A stretch of DNA of 60,102 nucleotides, from positions 1 through 60,102 of the forward strand of contig JBDTQD010000004.1 of the NCBI GenBank assembly GCA_039932375.1. The letters are read 5' to 3'. The stretch comes from Chloroflexota bacterium. Its GTDB lineage: Bacteria > Chloroflexota > Limnocylindria > QHBO01. A program made the position numbers and the translations under genes. Numbering within the stretch: the stretch's first letter is position 1; each line of letters starts with the position of its first letter. Shown here in pieces: positions 42,408 through 52,906 of this stretch. The notes beneath the pieces are model-generated. The model saw nothing but the letters and a program-made list of their open reading frames with translations, ran no database searches and was not told where the DNA came from.

Positions 42408-42731
42408 ATGTGGCTCGCCCTGGTGGGCCTCGCCCTTGGTGTCCTGCTCGGCCTGGCGCTGAACGTGAACGTCAGCCCGGACCTGGCGCGCTACAGCGCG
42501 GTCGGCATCTTGGCCGGCCTCGACTCGGTGCTGGGCGCCATTCGGGCCGAGCTGGATGCCCACTACGACAACCGAGTCTTCATCTCCGGATTCGTGACCA
42601 ACGCCCTGGTGGCGGTGGCCCTCACCTTCGTAGGGGATCGGCTCGGCATCGACCTCTATCTGGTTGCGCTGTTCGCCTTCGGGCTGCGCATCTTCCAAAA
42701 CGTGGCACTCATTCGCCGCCACTTCCTGTAG
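42408..42731 (+). CDS. sbp: Small basic protein (DUF1290)
   Basis: Y.AVGILAGLDSVLGAIRA, FISGF.TN, FGLRIFQN.A.IRR. Confidence 0.88.
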   Translation: MWLALVGLALGVLLGLALNVNVSPDLARYSAVGILAGLDSVLGAIRAELDAHYDNRVFISGFVTNALVAVALTFVGDRLGIDLYLVALFAFGLRIFQNVALIRRHFL

Positions 42732-42782
42732 GCTCGGGCACACCCGTGCCGCGGAAGCGCGGCGGGACCTACGGGAGGTAGC

Positions 42783-44021
42783 TTGGACAGGGAGACCGTG
42801 CTGGTCGGCATCGATGCCGGCACGACCAAGGTGACGACGCTGATCGGCGAGGTCAGCCGCGACGGCGACGTCAACATCATCGGCTATGGCATTGCGCCGT
42901 CGGTCGGGATGAAGAAGGGGATGGTCGCCAACATCGACCAGACCGTGAACTCGATCGCCGCCAGCCTGGAGAAGGCGGAGCGCCTGTCGGGCTACAAGAT
43001 CAGCTCTGCCTTCGTGTCGGTGGGTGGCAGCCACATCAGCAGCCAGAACAGTCGCGGCGTGGTCGCCGTCTCGGGCCACAAGCGCGAGGTCAGCCGTGAG
43101 GACGTGGCGCGAGCCACCGAGGCTGCCAAGGCGATCCAGGTCCCCTCCAATCGCGAGATCCTGCACGTCATCCCGCGCGGCTACATCGTCGACGGGCAGG
43201 AGGGCATCAAGGACCCGCTCGGCATGAGCGCGGTGCGCCTGGAGGTGGAGACGCACATCGTCGCCGGGGCCGCGACCTCGATCCAGAACCTGTCCAAGTG
43301 CATCGCCAACGCCAACGTCCAGATCGACGAGCTGGTGATCAGCTCCCTGGCGTCCGCCGAGGCGACCCTGACCGACACCGAGAAGGAGCTGGGCGTGATG
43401 GTCGCCGACATCGGCGGCGGCACGACCGACCTGGCCATCTTCACCGATGGCGCCGTCTACCACTCGGCGGTCCTGCCGGTGGGCGCCATCAACGTCACCA
43501 ACGACGTGGCGATCGGCCTCCGCACCAGCCTCGACCTGGCCGAGGAGATCAAGATCAAGCATGGCTCGGCCAACCTGGCGGAGATTGCGCCGGAGGAGCT
43601 GCTCAACGTGGCGGTCCTGGGCGAAGGTGGCGGCCAGACGATCCAGCGTAAGAAGCTGTGCGAGATCATCGAGGCTCGCATGAGCGAGATCTATTCGCTC
43701 ATCGGCGAGGAGGTCAAGCGCTCCGGCCATGCCGGCCTGCTGCCCGCGGGGGTGGTCCTCACCGGCGGAGGGGCTCGCCTCGGCGGCGTCGCCGAGCTGG
43801 CTCGCGAGGTGCTGCAGATGCCGGTCCGGGTCGCATCGCCGCAGGGCGTCGGCGGCCTGATGGACCAGCTCTCGAACCCCGCCTTCAGCACCTCGATCGG
43901 GCTCCTGCTGTGGGGCGCGCGCCACATCGGCAGCGAGCCAATCGTTTTCGCCGCCGGGTCGCCGATGAGCGGCGGGCTCGGCCGCGTGATGGACTGGATC
44001 CGGGGCCTCTTCCCCGGCTGA
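42783..44021 (+). CDS. ftsA: Cell division protein FtsA
   Basis: GIDAGTTK, DIGGGTTD, VVLTGGG, C-terminal amphipathic helix (WIRGLF). Confidence 0.95.
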   Translation: MDRETVLVGIDAGTTKVTTLIGEVSRDGDVNIIGYGIAPSVGMKKGMVANIDQTVNSIAASLEKAERLSGYKISSAFVSVGGSHISSQNSRGVVAVSGHKREVSREDVARATEAAKAIQVPSNREILHVIPRGYIVDGQEGIKDPLGMSAVRLEVETHIVAGAATSIQNLSKCIANANVQIDELVISSLASAEATLTDTEKELGVMVADIGGGTTDLAIFTDGAVYHSAVLPVGAINVTNDVAIGLRTSLDLAEEIKIKHGSANLAEIAPEELLNVAVLGEGGGQTIQRKKLCEIIEARMSEIYSLIGEEVKRSGHAGLLPAGVVLTGGGARLGGVAELAREVLQMPVRVASPQGVGGLMDQLSNPAFSTSIGLLLWGARHIGSEPIVFAAGSPMSGGLGRVMDWIRGLFPG

Positions 44022-44052
44022 CGCGGCGTCTCCCGCAGCCCCGACCCGCGGG

Positions 44053-44122
44053 TGTGGACAAGCGGGAGTCCCTCCACCGCGATTTCCGGGTTGTGCACAA
44101 CTCGGGCACCGGATGTGGATAA
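44053..44122. promoter_or_regulatory. Cluster of three DnaA boxes upstream of ftsZ
   Basis: TGTGGACAA 44053-44061, palindromic TTGTGCACAA 44091-44100, TGTGGATAA 44114-44122; TAGAAT at 44152-44157. Confidence 0.75.
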
Positions 44123-44224
44123 ATCGGCCCACGTCGGATGGGTCCGGTCGCTAGAATCGGTTGCACCCGCGCGAGCTCCGGGTCCGCCAGCCACCAGCCA
44201 GCCAACCGCGCAGGAGAATCCCTC

Positions 44225-45475
44225 ATGCCGCTCCGTTCTGACGCAGAGCATTTCGCACTCATCAAGGTCATCGGCGTGGGTGGCGGCGGTTCGAATGCCG
44301 TCAATCGCATGATTCGCGCGGAGATGATGGGCGTCGAGTTCATCGCGGTGAACACCGATGCGCAGGCGCTCCTGCAGAGCGATGCGCCGCACAAGATCCG
44401 CATCGGCGACAAGCTGACCAGGGGCCTCGGTGCCGGCGCTGACCCGGGGGTCGGGCAACGGGCCGCCGAGGAGGACAGCGAGAAGATCTACGAGGCGCTC
44501 AAGGACGCCGACATGATCTTCATCACCGCCGGCATGGGGGGCGGCACGGGCTCGGGAGCCGCGCACGTCATCGCCGAGATCGCCAAGGACCTGGGCGCCC
44601 TGACGGTCGGCGTCATCACCAAGCCCTTCAGCTTCGAGGGCGTGCGCCGCAAGCTCGTCGCCGAGCAGTACTCCGAGCTGCTCAAGGACAAGTGCGACAC
44701 CCTGATCACCATCCCCAACGATCGGCTGCGCGAGGTGGTCGACAAGAAGACGAGCATCCTGGATGCCTTCCGCGTGGTCGACGATGTCCTGCGCCAGGGC
44801 GTGCAGGGGATCAGCGACCTGATCACCGTGCCCGGCCTCATCAACCTGGATTTCGCCGACGTCAAGACGATCATGCGCGACGCAGGCTCGAGCATGATGG
44901 GAATCGGGATCGGGACCGGCGACAACCGCGCCGTGGAGGCCGCTCGCGCCGCCGTCATGAGCCCGCTGCTTGAGGTCAACATCACCGGCGCGCGCGGGAT
45001 CCTGTTCAACGTCACCGGCGGCAGCGACCTGGGCCTGTTCGAGGTCAACGAGGCGGCGGAGGTGATCAAGGAGGCCGCGGATCCGGAGGCGAACATCATC
45101 TTCGGGACGGTGATCGACGACCGGATGCGCGACGAGGTCAAGGTGACCGTCATCGCCACAGGCTTCGACGCCACCCGCAAGCCGCGGGCGCCGGGGCGCG
45201 CCGTGACGGCCGCGGGAGGGGTGGCGACCGGGATCGAGGCCTCGCTCGACGAGCGGAGCCGCGAGATCCTGGCCGAGATCGAACGCGACCGGGCCGAGCG
45301 GCAGTCGCTCGAGGATCAGATGCCAGAGAACTCGCCTTTCGCGGCGGGGGAGAAGCCGGCAGCCAAGGCCGAGGAGCGGCAGGCGATCCCGGTGCGCGGC
45401 AACGGCCTCGATCGCCCGTCGTACGGCGAGACTGACCTGGATATCCCCTCGTTCCTGCGCCGCAAGAGCGAGTAG
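44225..45475 (+). CDS. ftsZ: Cell division protein FtsZ
   Basis: [38 protein letters not shown] tail. Confidence 0.98.
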   Translation: MPLRSDAEHFALIKVIGVGGGGSNAVNRMIRAEMMGVEFIAVNTDAQALLQSDAPHKIRIGDKLTRGLGAGADPGVGQRAAEEDSEKIYEALKDADMIFITAGMGGGTGSGAAHVIAEIAKDLGALTVGVITKPFSFEGVRRKLVAEQYSELLKDKCDTLITIPNDRLREVVDKKTSILDAFRVVDDVLRQGVQGISDLITVPGLINLDFADVKTIMRDAGSSMMGIGIGTGDNRAVEAARAAVMSPLLEVNITGARGILFNVTGGSDLGLFEVNEAAEVIKEAADPEANIIFGTVIDDRMRDEVKVTVIATGFDATRKPRAPGRAVTAAGGVATGIEASLDERSREILAEIERDRAERQSLEDQMPENSPFAAGEKPAAKAEERQAIPVRGNGLDRPSYGETDLDIPSFLRRKSE

Positions 45476-45494
45476 CCACCGGACTGGACCGATG

Positions 45495-45529
45495 CGCCCC
45501 GGCCCCACGGCCGGGGCGTTCGTATTCTT
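45495..45529 (+). terminator. Probable intrinsic terminator after ftsZ
   Basis: CGCCCCGGCC-ccac-GGCCGGGGCG followed by TTCGTATTCTT. Confidence 0.65.
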
Positions 45530-45545
45530 GGAAAGCTGAGCCGCG

Positions 45546-46280
45546 ATGTTTCCGATCGATGAGCCGCCGCTCGACGCAGAGCTGATCGGCTCCCGGTTCA
45601 GCCTCCTCGTCGAGCGCCTGCGGGCAGTCGCCGAGGCCTCTGGCCGGGACCCCGATGCGGTCCGGGTCGTAGCGGTCACCAAGGGCTTTGACCTTCCCGT
45701 GGTGCGCGCCGCGGGCGCAGCAGGGCTGACGCGCTTCGGCGAGAACCGGCTCCAGGAGGCGATCCCCAAGGTGGCCGCCCTGCCGGATGCCGAGTGGCAC
45801 CTGGTCGGTCGTCTGCAGGCCAACAAGGCACGGCAGGCGGTGCGCGCGTTCCGCGTCATCCACTCGGTCGACTCGCTGGAGCTGATGCGTCGCCTCGACC
45901 GCATCGCGGCCGAGGAATCGCTGGCGCCGACCCTGCTGCTGCAGGTCAACGTGACCGGTGAGGAGACCAAGGCCGGCTTTGCGTTGCCCTGGTTCGAGGA
46001 TCAGCTTCAACGAAGCGGCCAGCTGGCAGCTGCGGTCGCTCAGGCGGGCGCCGCGCGCGTGACCGGGCTGATGACGATTGGCCCGGCCCGCGGCGATGGT
46101 CGCGAGGCGGGGGCCACCTTTGCCACGCTGCGACGCCTGCGCGACGCGCTCGAGCAGCTGACCGGCGATCCGCTTCCCGAGCTGTCGATGGGGATGACCG
46201 CCGACGCCGACGCCGCGGTCGCCGAGGGAGCCACGCTGGTGCGGGTCGGGACCGCCATCTTCGGTCCCCGTCCCGGTTGA
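45546..46280 (+). CDS. yggS: PLP homeostasis protein
   Basis: VAVTK, FGENRLQE, WHLVGRLQANK, ELSMGM, VRVGTAIFG. Confidence 0.93.
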   Translation: MFPIDEPPLDAELIGSRFSLLVERLRAVAEASGRDPDAVRVVAVTKGFDLPVVRAAGAAGLTRFGENRLQEAIPKVAALPDAEWHLVGRLQANKARQAVRAFRVIHSVDSLELMRRLDRIAAEESLAPTLLLQVNVTGEETKAGFALPWFEDQLQRSGQLAAAVAQAGAARVTGLMTIGPARGDGREAGATFATLRRLRDALEQLTGDPLPELSMGMTADADAAVAEGATLVRVGTAIFGPRPG

Positions 46281-46307
46281 ACGGCGCTGCTATCCTCCTC
46301 GACCGAG

Positions 46308-46559
46308 ATGCCGCTCGTGATCGTCAACTTCCTGCAGCTGCTGATCAGCGCACTGATGCTGCTGGTGATCGCTCGGGTCGTCGTCAGCTGGATGGCCCCC
46401 ACTGGCGGCGGGGGGCTGGTCGCATTCATCTACCAGGCGACCGAGCCGATTCTGGCCCCGATCCGGCGCGCGGTGCCGCCCAGCGGAGGCCTGGACTGGG
46501 CGCCGCTGATCGCGATGCTGGTGCTGGGGCTGCTGCTCCGCTTCGTGGTGCAGCTCTAG
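46308..46559 (+). CDS. yggT: YggT/YlmG membrane protein
   Basis: SW...ATEPILAPIRR..P..GGLDWAPL. Confidence 0.9.
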   Translation: MPLVIVNFLQLLISALMLLVIARVVVSWMAPTGGGGLVAFIYQATEPILAPIRRAVPPSGGLDWAPLIAMLVLGLLLRFVVQL

Positions 46560-46581
46560 GCCGGCGGCGATTGGCCCGCAA

Positions 46582-46610
46582 TTGAGGCTGCCGGAGCCCA
46601 TCGCTATACT
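46582..46610 (+). promoter_or_regulatory. sigma70-type promoter for tRNA-Val
   Basis: TTGAGG-N17-TATACT. Confidence 0.6.
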
Positions 46611-46623
46611 GCGGTCCCCGCGT

Positions 46624-46701
<78 letters not shown>

Positions 46702-46732
46702 TCTAACTTCCCCACTGCGGAGGGACGGACCG

Positions 46733-48016
46733 ATGCGGCCGCTCCTCGCGCGTCTCCTCCGGATCGGCATCGCGCGGCCCCTCACCGAACGCGACTACGC
46801 GATGCTCACGGTGGGGTCGCTGATATCGCTGCTCGGGGACGGCTTCTTCTTCGTGGCGTTGGCCTGGCAGGTCTACCAGATCAGCAACGTGCCCACTGCG
46901 ATGACCGCGGTCGGCATCGCGTGGACCCTGCCCCTGATCGCCACCATCCTCCTCGGCGGCGTCCTCTCCGACCGCTACGACCGCCGCTGGCTGATGGTCG
47001 GCGCCGACCTCCTGCGTGGCGTCGCGATCGCGGCGATGGGGATCCTGTCGGTGGCGGGGGTGCTGGAGCTGTGGCACGTGGTGGCGCTGATGGCGGTCAT
47101 CGGGCTGGGCGACGCGATCTTCAACCCGGCATCGGTGGCAATCGTGCCCGACCTGCTGACCGACGACCTGCTGCCGCCGGCGAATGCCCTGCAGGGCACG
47201 GTCCGGCCGCTCATGGCACAGCTCGCCGGGCCGGCCATCGCCGGCCTGGTGGTCGCCGGGATCGGCCCCGGCGCTGCCTTCCTGGTCGACGCGGCCACCT
47301 TCGGCGCATCGGCGCTGGCGGTTGCGAACATCAGGCACCGCTCGCGGAAGCATGAGGCCGCCCGCGGCATCGGGGCGACCTTCCGGGAGATCGGGGAAGG
47401 GCTGGCCTTCGTGCGCGGGCAGGCGTGGATCTGGGCCACCCTGGTCTCGGCGATGCTCAGCCTGCTCGTCTTCGTCGGCCCGCGGCAGACGCTCGTTCCA
47501 TTCCTGATCAAGAACCGACTCGGCCTCGGCCCCGAGGCGCTCGGCGCGACCTTCGCCGCCGGCGGGGTGGGGGCGATCCTGGCTGCACTGGTGATCGGCC
47601 AGGTCGGCCTGCCCGCCAGGCGCGTCACGGTCATGTACGCCGCCTGGGCGGCCGGCGTGGCGCTGATGGCGATCTACGGCGTGATGACCCAACTCTGGCA
47701 AGCCCTGGTGGTGAGCTTCGTGATCCACGGGCTCTTCGAGCTGGGCCAGATCATCTGGACCACCCTTCTGCAGCAGCGCGTCCCCCGCGGCATGCTCGGC
47801 CGGGTGTCGAGCCTCGACTGGCTCGTCTCGATCGGCCTGGTCCCCGTCTCGTATGCACTGACCGGCCCGGTTGCCGGGGCCTTCGGGGCCACCACCACCA
47901 TGGTCGGTGCGGGGCTCCTGGGCGCCGTCCTGATGGGCGGGCTCCTCTTCTTCCCAGGGGTGCGGGATCCCGAGCGTGAGCGGGCCTCGGCCCTCGGTGG
48001 AGAGGCGACCGAGTGA
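46733..48016 (+). CDS. MFS transporter (DHA3/macrolide-efflux-like)
   Basis: About 12 TM helices; GGVLSDRYDRR motif A; LLQQRVP..MLGRV. Confidence 0.9.
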   Translation: MRPLLARLLRIGIARPLTERDYAMLTVGSLISLLGDGFFFVALAWQVYQISNVPTAMTAVGIAWTLPLIATILLGGVLSDRYDRRWLMVGADLLRGVAIAAMGILSVAGVLELWHVVALMAVIGLGDAIFNPASVAIVPDLLTDDLLPPANALQGTVRPLMAQLAGPAIAGLVVAGIGPGAAFLVDAATFGASALAVANIRHRSRKHEAARGIGATFREIGEGLAFVRGQAWIWATLVSAMLSLLVFVGPRQTLVPFLIKNRLGLGPEALGATFAAGGVGAILAALVIGQVGLPARRVTVMYAAWAAGVALMAIYGVMTQLWQALVVSFVIHGLFELGQIIWTTLLQQRVPRGMLGRVSSLDWLVSIGLVPVSYALTGPVAGAFGATTTMVGAGLLGAVLMGGLLFFPGVRDPERERASALGGEATE

Positions 48017-49224
48017 GCGAGAGGCTCCGCATCGCGATCTTCGGCGAGTCCTACCTGCCGTACCTCTCCGGTGTGACCGTCTCGACCGAAGCCCTCGCTC
48101 GCGGACTGCGAGCCGCCGGTCACGAGGTGCTCCTGGTCGTTCCACGGCCCGCTCGCGGCGCCGAGGCGGGGACCGCCGGAGCCCTCGGGCCGGACCCGCA
48201 GATCGCCTGGTTGCCCTCGTTCCAGGTGCCGGGGCCAGCGCCGACGAGCTACCGGGTCCCATGGCCGATCCCCTCCGCCGCCCCGCGCGCTGCCGCGGCA
48301 TTCCAACCGCAGATCATCCACGCCCAGTCCCCGTTCACCTCTGGCGTCATGGCGCGACGCCTCGCCCGGCGGCTCGGTGCCCCGCTGGTCTTCACCCATC
48401 ACACCCGCTTCGACGACTATGGCCACTACCTCGGACCGCTGGCTCGGCCGGGCGCGGCGCTGCTGGCCGCCTATCTGCGCCGGTTCTGGCTCGGTTGCAC
48501 CGCCGTGGTCGCGCCCGGCAGCGAGCTGGCCGCCGAGATCCGCGACCTGCTTGGCGCTCGACATCGGCCGCTGGTGCGCACCATCCCGACCGGGATCGAA
48601 GTTTGGGCAATCCGCGCGCTGCCGGCCGTCGACCCGCGCTCGCTCGCCGGCTGGCCGTCAGACGCCGTTGTCGTGGCCGGGCTCGGCCGGCTCGCGCCGG
48701 AGAAGAACGTCGAGCTGCTGGTCGAGGCCTTCGCCGAGGTCGCAGCTGGTGATCCGTCTGTTCGGCTCCTGCTGGTCGGCGGCGGACCGTCCGAGGCAGC
48801 CCTGCGCGCGCGGGCCGATCAGCCCGACCTGGCCAGGCGCGTCTACCTGAGTGGGATGCGGCCCCGCTCGCTTGCCCTGGCGCTGATCAAGGGGGCCGAC
48901 CTGTTCGTGGCCACCTCCCAGACCGAAACCCAGGGCTTGGTGCTGGCCGAGGCGCTCGCCGCGGGACTGCCGGTGGTGGCGCTGGAGGGGCCGGGGGTGG
49001 CGGACTCGGTGCGCGACGGGGTGGACGGCATGATTGTCGCAGCGGAGCCGACCGGCGAGCGGCGCGACCGCCTCGCAGCGGCGCTGCGCGGCCTCATCGC
49101 TGACTCCGACCGTCGGTCCGCGCTCGCCGCAGAGGCCCTCGCCGGCGCCGGCCGCTTCAGCATCGAGACGCGCATCGGCAGCATGATCGAGTTGTATCGC
49201 GAGCTGCTCGCCGGGCGGAGATGA
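48013..49224 (+). CDS. GT4 glycosyltransferase (diacylglycerol glucosyltransferase-like)
   Basis: ESYLPYLSGV, GRLAPEKN, SQTETQGLVLAEA. Confidence 0.88.
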   Translation: MSERLRIAIFGESYLPYLSGVTVSTEALARGLRAAGHEVLLVVPRPARGAEAGTAGALGPDPQIAWLPSFQVPGPAPTSYRVPWPIPSAAPRAAAAFQPQIIHAQSPFTSGVMARRLARRLGAPLVFTHHTRFDDYGHYLGPLARPGAALLAAYLRRFWLGCTAVVAPGSELAAEIRDLLGARHRPLVRTIPTGIEVWAIRALPAVDPRSLAGWPSDAVVVAGLGRLAPEKNVELLVEAFAEVAAGDPSVRLLLVGGGPSEAALRARADQPDLARRVYLSGMRPRSLALALIKGADLFVATSQTETQGLVLAEALAAGLPVVALEGPGVADSVRDGVDGMIVAAEPTGERRDRLAAALRGLIADSDRRSALAAEALAGAGRFSIETRIGSMIELYRELLAGRR

Positions 49225-49275
49225 CGATTGGTGCAATGGCTTGCGCGGGGACCGGGGCCGCGTACAATGCCAGCC

Positions 49276-49545
49276 ATGCGCGTGAGTCTCACGGCCCGCT
49301 TCGTCTCCCACCCGTCGATCGACTTCGGAGCGCGCCGTGCGGCCGGCCGTCGTCGCCGCCTGGGCCTTGATGCCATGTCACTGACCTACCACCCGTCCGC
49401 CGCGGCGCGCCACCGCGCACCGACGATCGCTTCCCTCCGTTCGCAGACGAGCCGGTTCCGCTTCCCGTCGGTAGGCAGCGTTGGCCGCGTCAGCCCGCGC
49501 CGCGCCCTCCTGCCGCTCGGGCTCCCGCGCGCCCGCCGCTCGTAG
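49276..49545 (+). CDS. Possible leaderless Arg-rich small protein (89 aa)
   Basis: TTGCGC-N16-TACAAT with ATG 7 nt downstream; fills the gap up to the NUDIX gene. Confidence 0.4.
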   Translation: MRVSLTARFVSHPSIDFGARRAAGRRRRLGLDAMSLTYHPSAAARHRAPTIASLRSQTSRFRFPSVGSVGRVSPRRALLPLGLPRARRS

Positions 49546-49553
49546 CGGCGCGG

Positions 49554-50017
49554 GTGTCCGCGCTGCGCACCGCGCGAGCCACCTCGGCCGGCGGGGTCGT
49601 CCATCGGTCTGACGCCGGCCACCTCGAGATCGTCCTGGTCCACCGTCGCCAGCCTCCGCTCTGGGCGCTGCCCAAGGGGACACCGGATTCGGGTGAGACC
49701 CTCGCCGAGACGGCGATCCGCGAAACGCGCGAGGAGACCGGCCTCCAGGTCGAGATAGAGGAGCCGGTCAGCTCCATCACCTATTTCTTCGTCCACCGCC
49801 GGACGCGTTTCCACAAGACGGTGCACTTCTTCCTGATGCGGCCGTTCGGCGGGCGCCTCGAAGATCACGACCACGAGTTTGACGAGGTGCGCTGGGTCCC
49901 GATCGACGAGGCGCTGCAGGTGATGACGCACGCCACCGAGCGGGGGGTCGTCGACCGCGCAATCGAGCTGCTCGCCGCACGGAGCGAGCCGCAACCTGCC
50001 GTGACCGGCGCCCTTCC

Positions 50018-50021
<4 letters not shown>
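49554..50021 (+). CDS. NUDIX hydrolase
   Basis: [25 protein letters not shown] Nudix box. Confidence 0.92.
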
Positions 50022-51142
<1,121 letters not shown>

Positions 51143-51176
51143 CGCCGGACGGCCGCACCCATGAGCGAAGGAGCCG

Positions 51177-51563
51177 ATGTCCACCAATCTGCCCGCCGAC
51201 CTGCACTACTCCAAGGAGCACGAATGGGTTCGCCTCGAGGGCTCGACCGCCATCATCGGCATCACCAGCTTCGCCGCCGGTGAGCTGGGCGACATCGTCT
51301 ATGTCGAGCTCCCCGAGGTCGGCGCCCGGCTGACCCAGTTCGCCAGCTTCGGCGTGGTCGAGAGCGTCAAGGCGGTGAGCGACCTCTTCGCGCCCATCTC
51401 CGGTGAAGTGACCGAGGTCAACGCGGACCTGCACAACGGTCCGGAGCTGCTGAACAGCGACCCGTTCGGGGCGGGCTGGATCGCAAAGCTCACGCTCTCG
51501 AATCCGGAAGAGCTCGACAAGCTCCTGGACGCGGACTCATACGCGGAGCTCACCGCCGGCTGA
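51177..51563 (+). CDS. gcvH: Glycine cleavage H protein
   Basis: HEW, LGDIVYVELP, VESVKAVSD. Confidence 0.96.
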   Translation: MSTNLPADLHYSKEHEWVRLEGSTAIIGITSFAAGELGDIVYVELPEVGARLTQFASFGVVESVKAVSDLFAPISGEVTEVNADLHNGPELLNSDPFGAGWIAKLTLSNPEELDKLLDADSYAELTAG

Positions 51564-52906
51564 TGGCCTACTCGCCGCACACCGCTGACGACCGGGAGCA
51601 GATGCTCGCGGCGATCGGGGTCGGGTCGGTCGACGACCTCTTCGCCGATATCCCGGCCGCCGTCCGCGCGACCCGCTTCGACCTGCCCGCACCGTTGGTG
51701 GAGCAGGAGGTCCGCGCCGAGCTCACCCGCCTGGCGGGGCGGAATCGGATCCCACGCGTCAGCTTTTTGGGCGCCGGGGTGTATCGGCACCTGATCCCGT
51801 CGGTGGTGAGCGAGGTGATCGGCCGCGCCGAGTTCTCGACCTCCTACACGCCGTACCAGCCTGAGGTCAGCCAGGGGACCCTGCAGAGCATCTACGAGTT
51901 CCAGTCCCTGATCTGCGAGCTGACCGGCATGGAGGTCGCCAGCGCCTCCCACTACGACGGGGCGACCGCCACCGCCGAGGCGGCGCTGATGGCCTGCCGC
52001 CTCACCAGGCGCTCGAAGGTGGCCGTCTCGACCGCCGTGAATCCCCAGGTCCGCCGCGTGCTCGCCACCTATTGCGCGGGACCGGGGATCGACGTGACCG
52101 ATGTGCCGGCCGACCTGGCCGAGGGGGGCAGCGGGCTGACGACGCCGGAATCTGTCAAGCAGGTGCTCGGGGAGGAATTCGCCTGCCTGATTGCCCAGCA
52201 GCCGAACATGTTCGGCTGCATCGAGCCGATGGCGGAGCTGGCCGATGCGGCGCACGCTGTTGGCGCACAGATGGTGGCCGTGGTCGAGCCGACCTCGCTG
52301 GCGCTGCTGGCTGCGCCCGGTAGCTACGGGGCAGACATCGTTGCCGCCGAGGGGCAGCCGCTCGGCATCCCGCCCTCGTATGGCGGGCCGTACGTGGGGC
52401 TCATGGCGTCGCGCATGGAGTCGGTGCGCCAGATGCCCGGCCGCCTGGTGGGGGGTACGCGCGACGGGCAGGGCCGCCGTGGGTATGTGCTCACGCTGCA
52501 GGCCCGTGAGCAGCACATCCGCCGTGAGAAGGCGGCCAGCAACATCTGCACCAACCAGGCGCTCTGCGCGCTGGCGGCGACCGCGTACCTGTCTGCCGTC
52601 GGGCCGGAAGGGCTGCGCGAGGTTGCCGAGCTGTCGGTCACCCAGGCGCGGCACGTAACTGCGGCCATCGAGGCGGCCGGCCTTGGCGAGCGGCGCTTCA
52701 GCGCCCCCTACTTCGCCGAGGTGGCAATCCGCGTCCCGGACGCAGCGCGCCGGCACGCTGCCCTGGCCGAGCAGGGGATCGTGGCCGGATTCATGCTGGA
52801 GCGCGACTACCCGGAGCTCGAGGACACGCTGCTGCTGGCGGCCACCGAGCTGACCAGCGACGCCGATATCGCCGCGCTCGTCTCGGCCCTGGGGGCGACT
52901 CGATGA
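51563..52906 (+). CDS. gcvPA: Glycine dehydrogenase subunit 1
   Basis: FLGAG, YTPYQPEVSQG.LQ, REQHIRREKA.SNICTNQ. Confidence 0.95.
   Translation: MAYSPHTADDREQMLAAIGVGSVDDLFADIPAAVRATRFDLPAPLVEQEVRAELTRLAGRNRIPRVSFLGAGVYRHLIPSVVSEVIGRAEFSTSYTPYQPEVSQGTLQSIYEFQSLICELTGMEVASASHYDGATATAEAALMACRLTRRSKVAVSTAVNPQVRRVLATYCAGPGIDVTDVPADLAEGGSGLTTPESVKQVLGEEFACLIAQQPNMFGCIEPMAELADAAHAVGAQMVAVVEPTSLALLAAPGSYGADIVAAEGQPLGIPPSYGGPYVGLMASRMESVRQMPGRLVGGTRDGQGRRGYVLTLQAREQHIRREKAASNICTNQALCALAATAYLSAVGPEGLREVAELSVTQARHVTAAIEAAGLGERRFSAPYFAEVAIRVPDAARRHAALAEQGIVAGFMLERDYPELEDTLLLAATELTSDADIAALVSALGATR

Noticed and set aside
30963-45970. Long antisense ORFs (30963-33245, 41670-44132, 43691-45970; likewise 2981-4612, 13958-15685, 24117-25949)
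   Set aside because: Shadow frames of well-supported genes, caused by high-GC codon bias.
49225-50017. Glycine riboswitch upstream of gcvT
   Set aside because: No GGAGA...CCGAAG...CTCTCAGG aptamer core; gcvT is coupled directly to the NUDIX gene.
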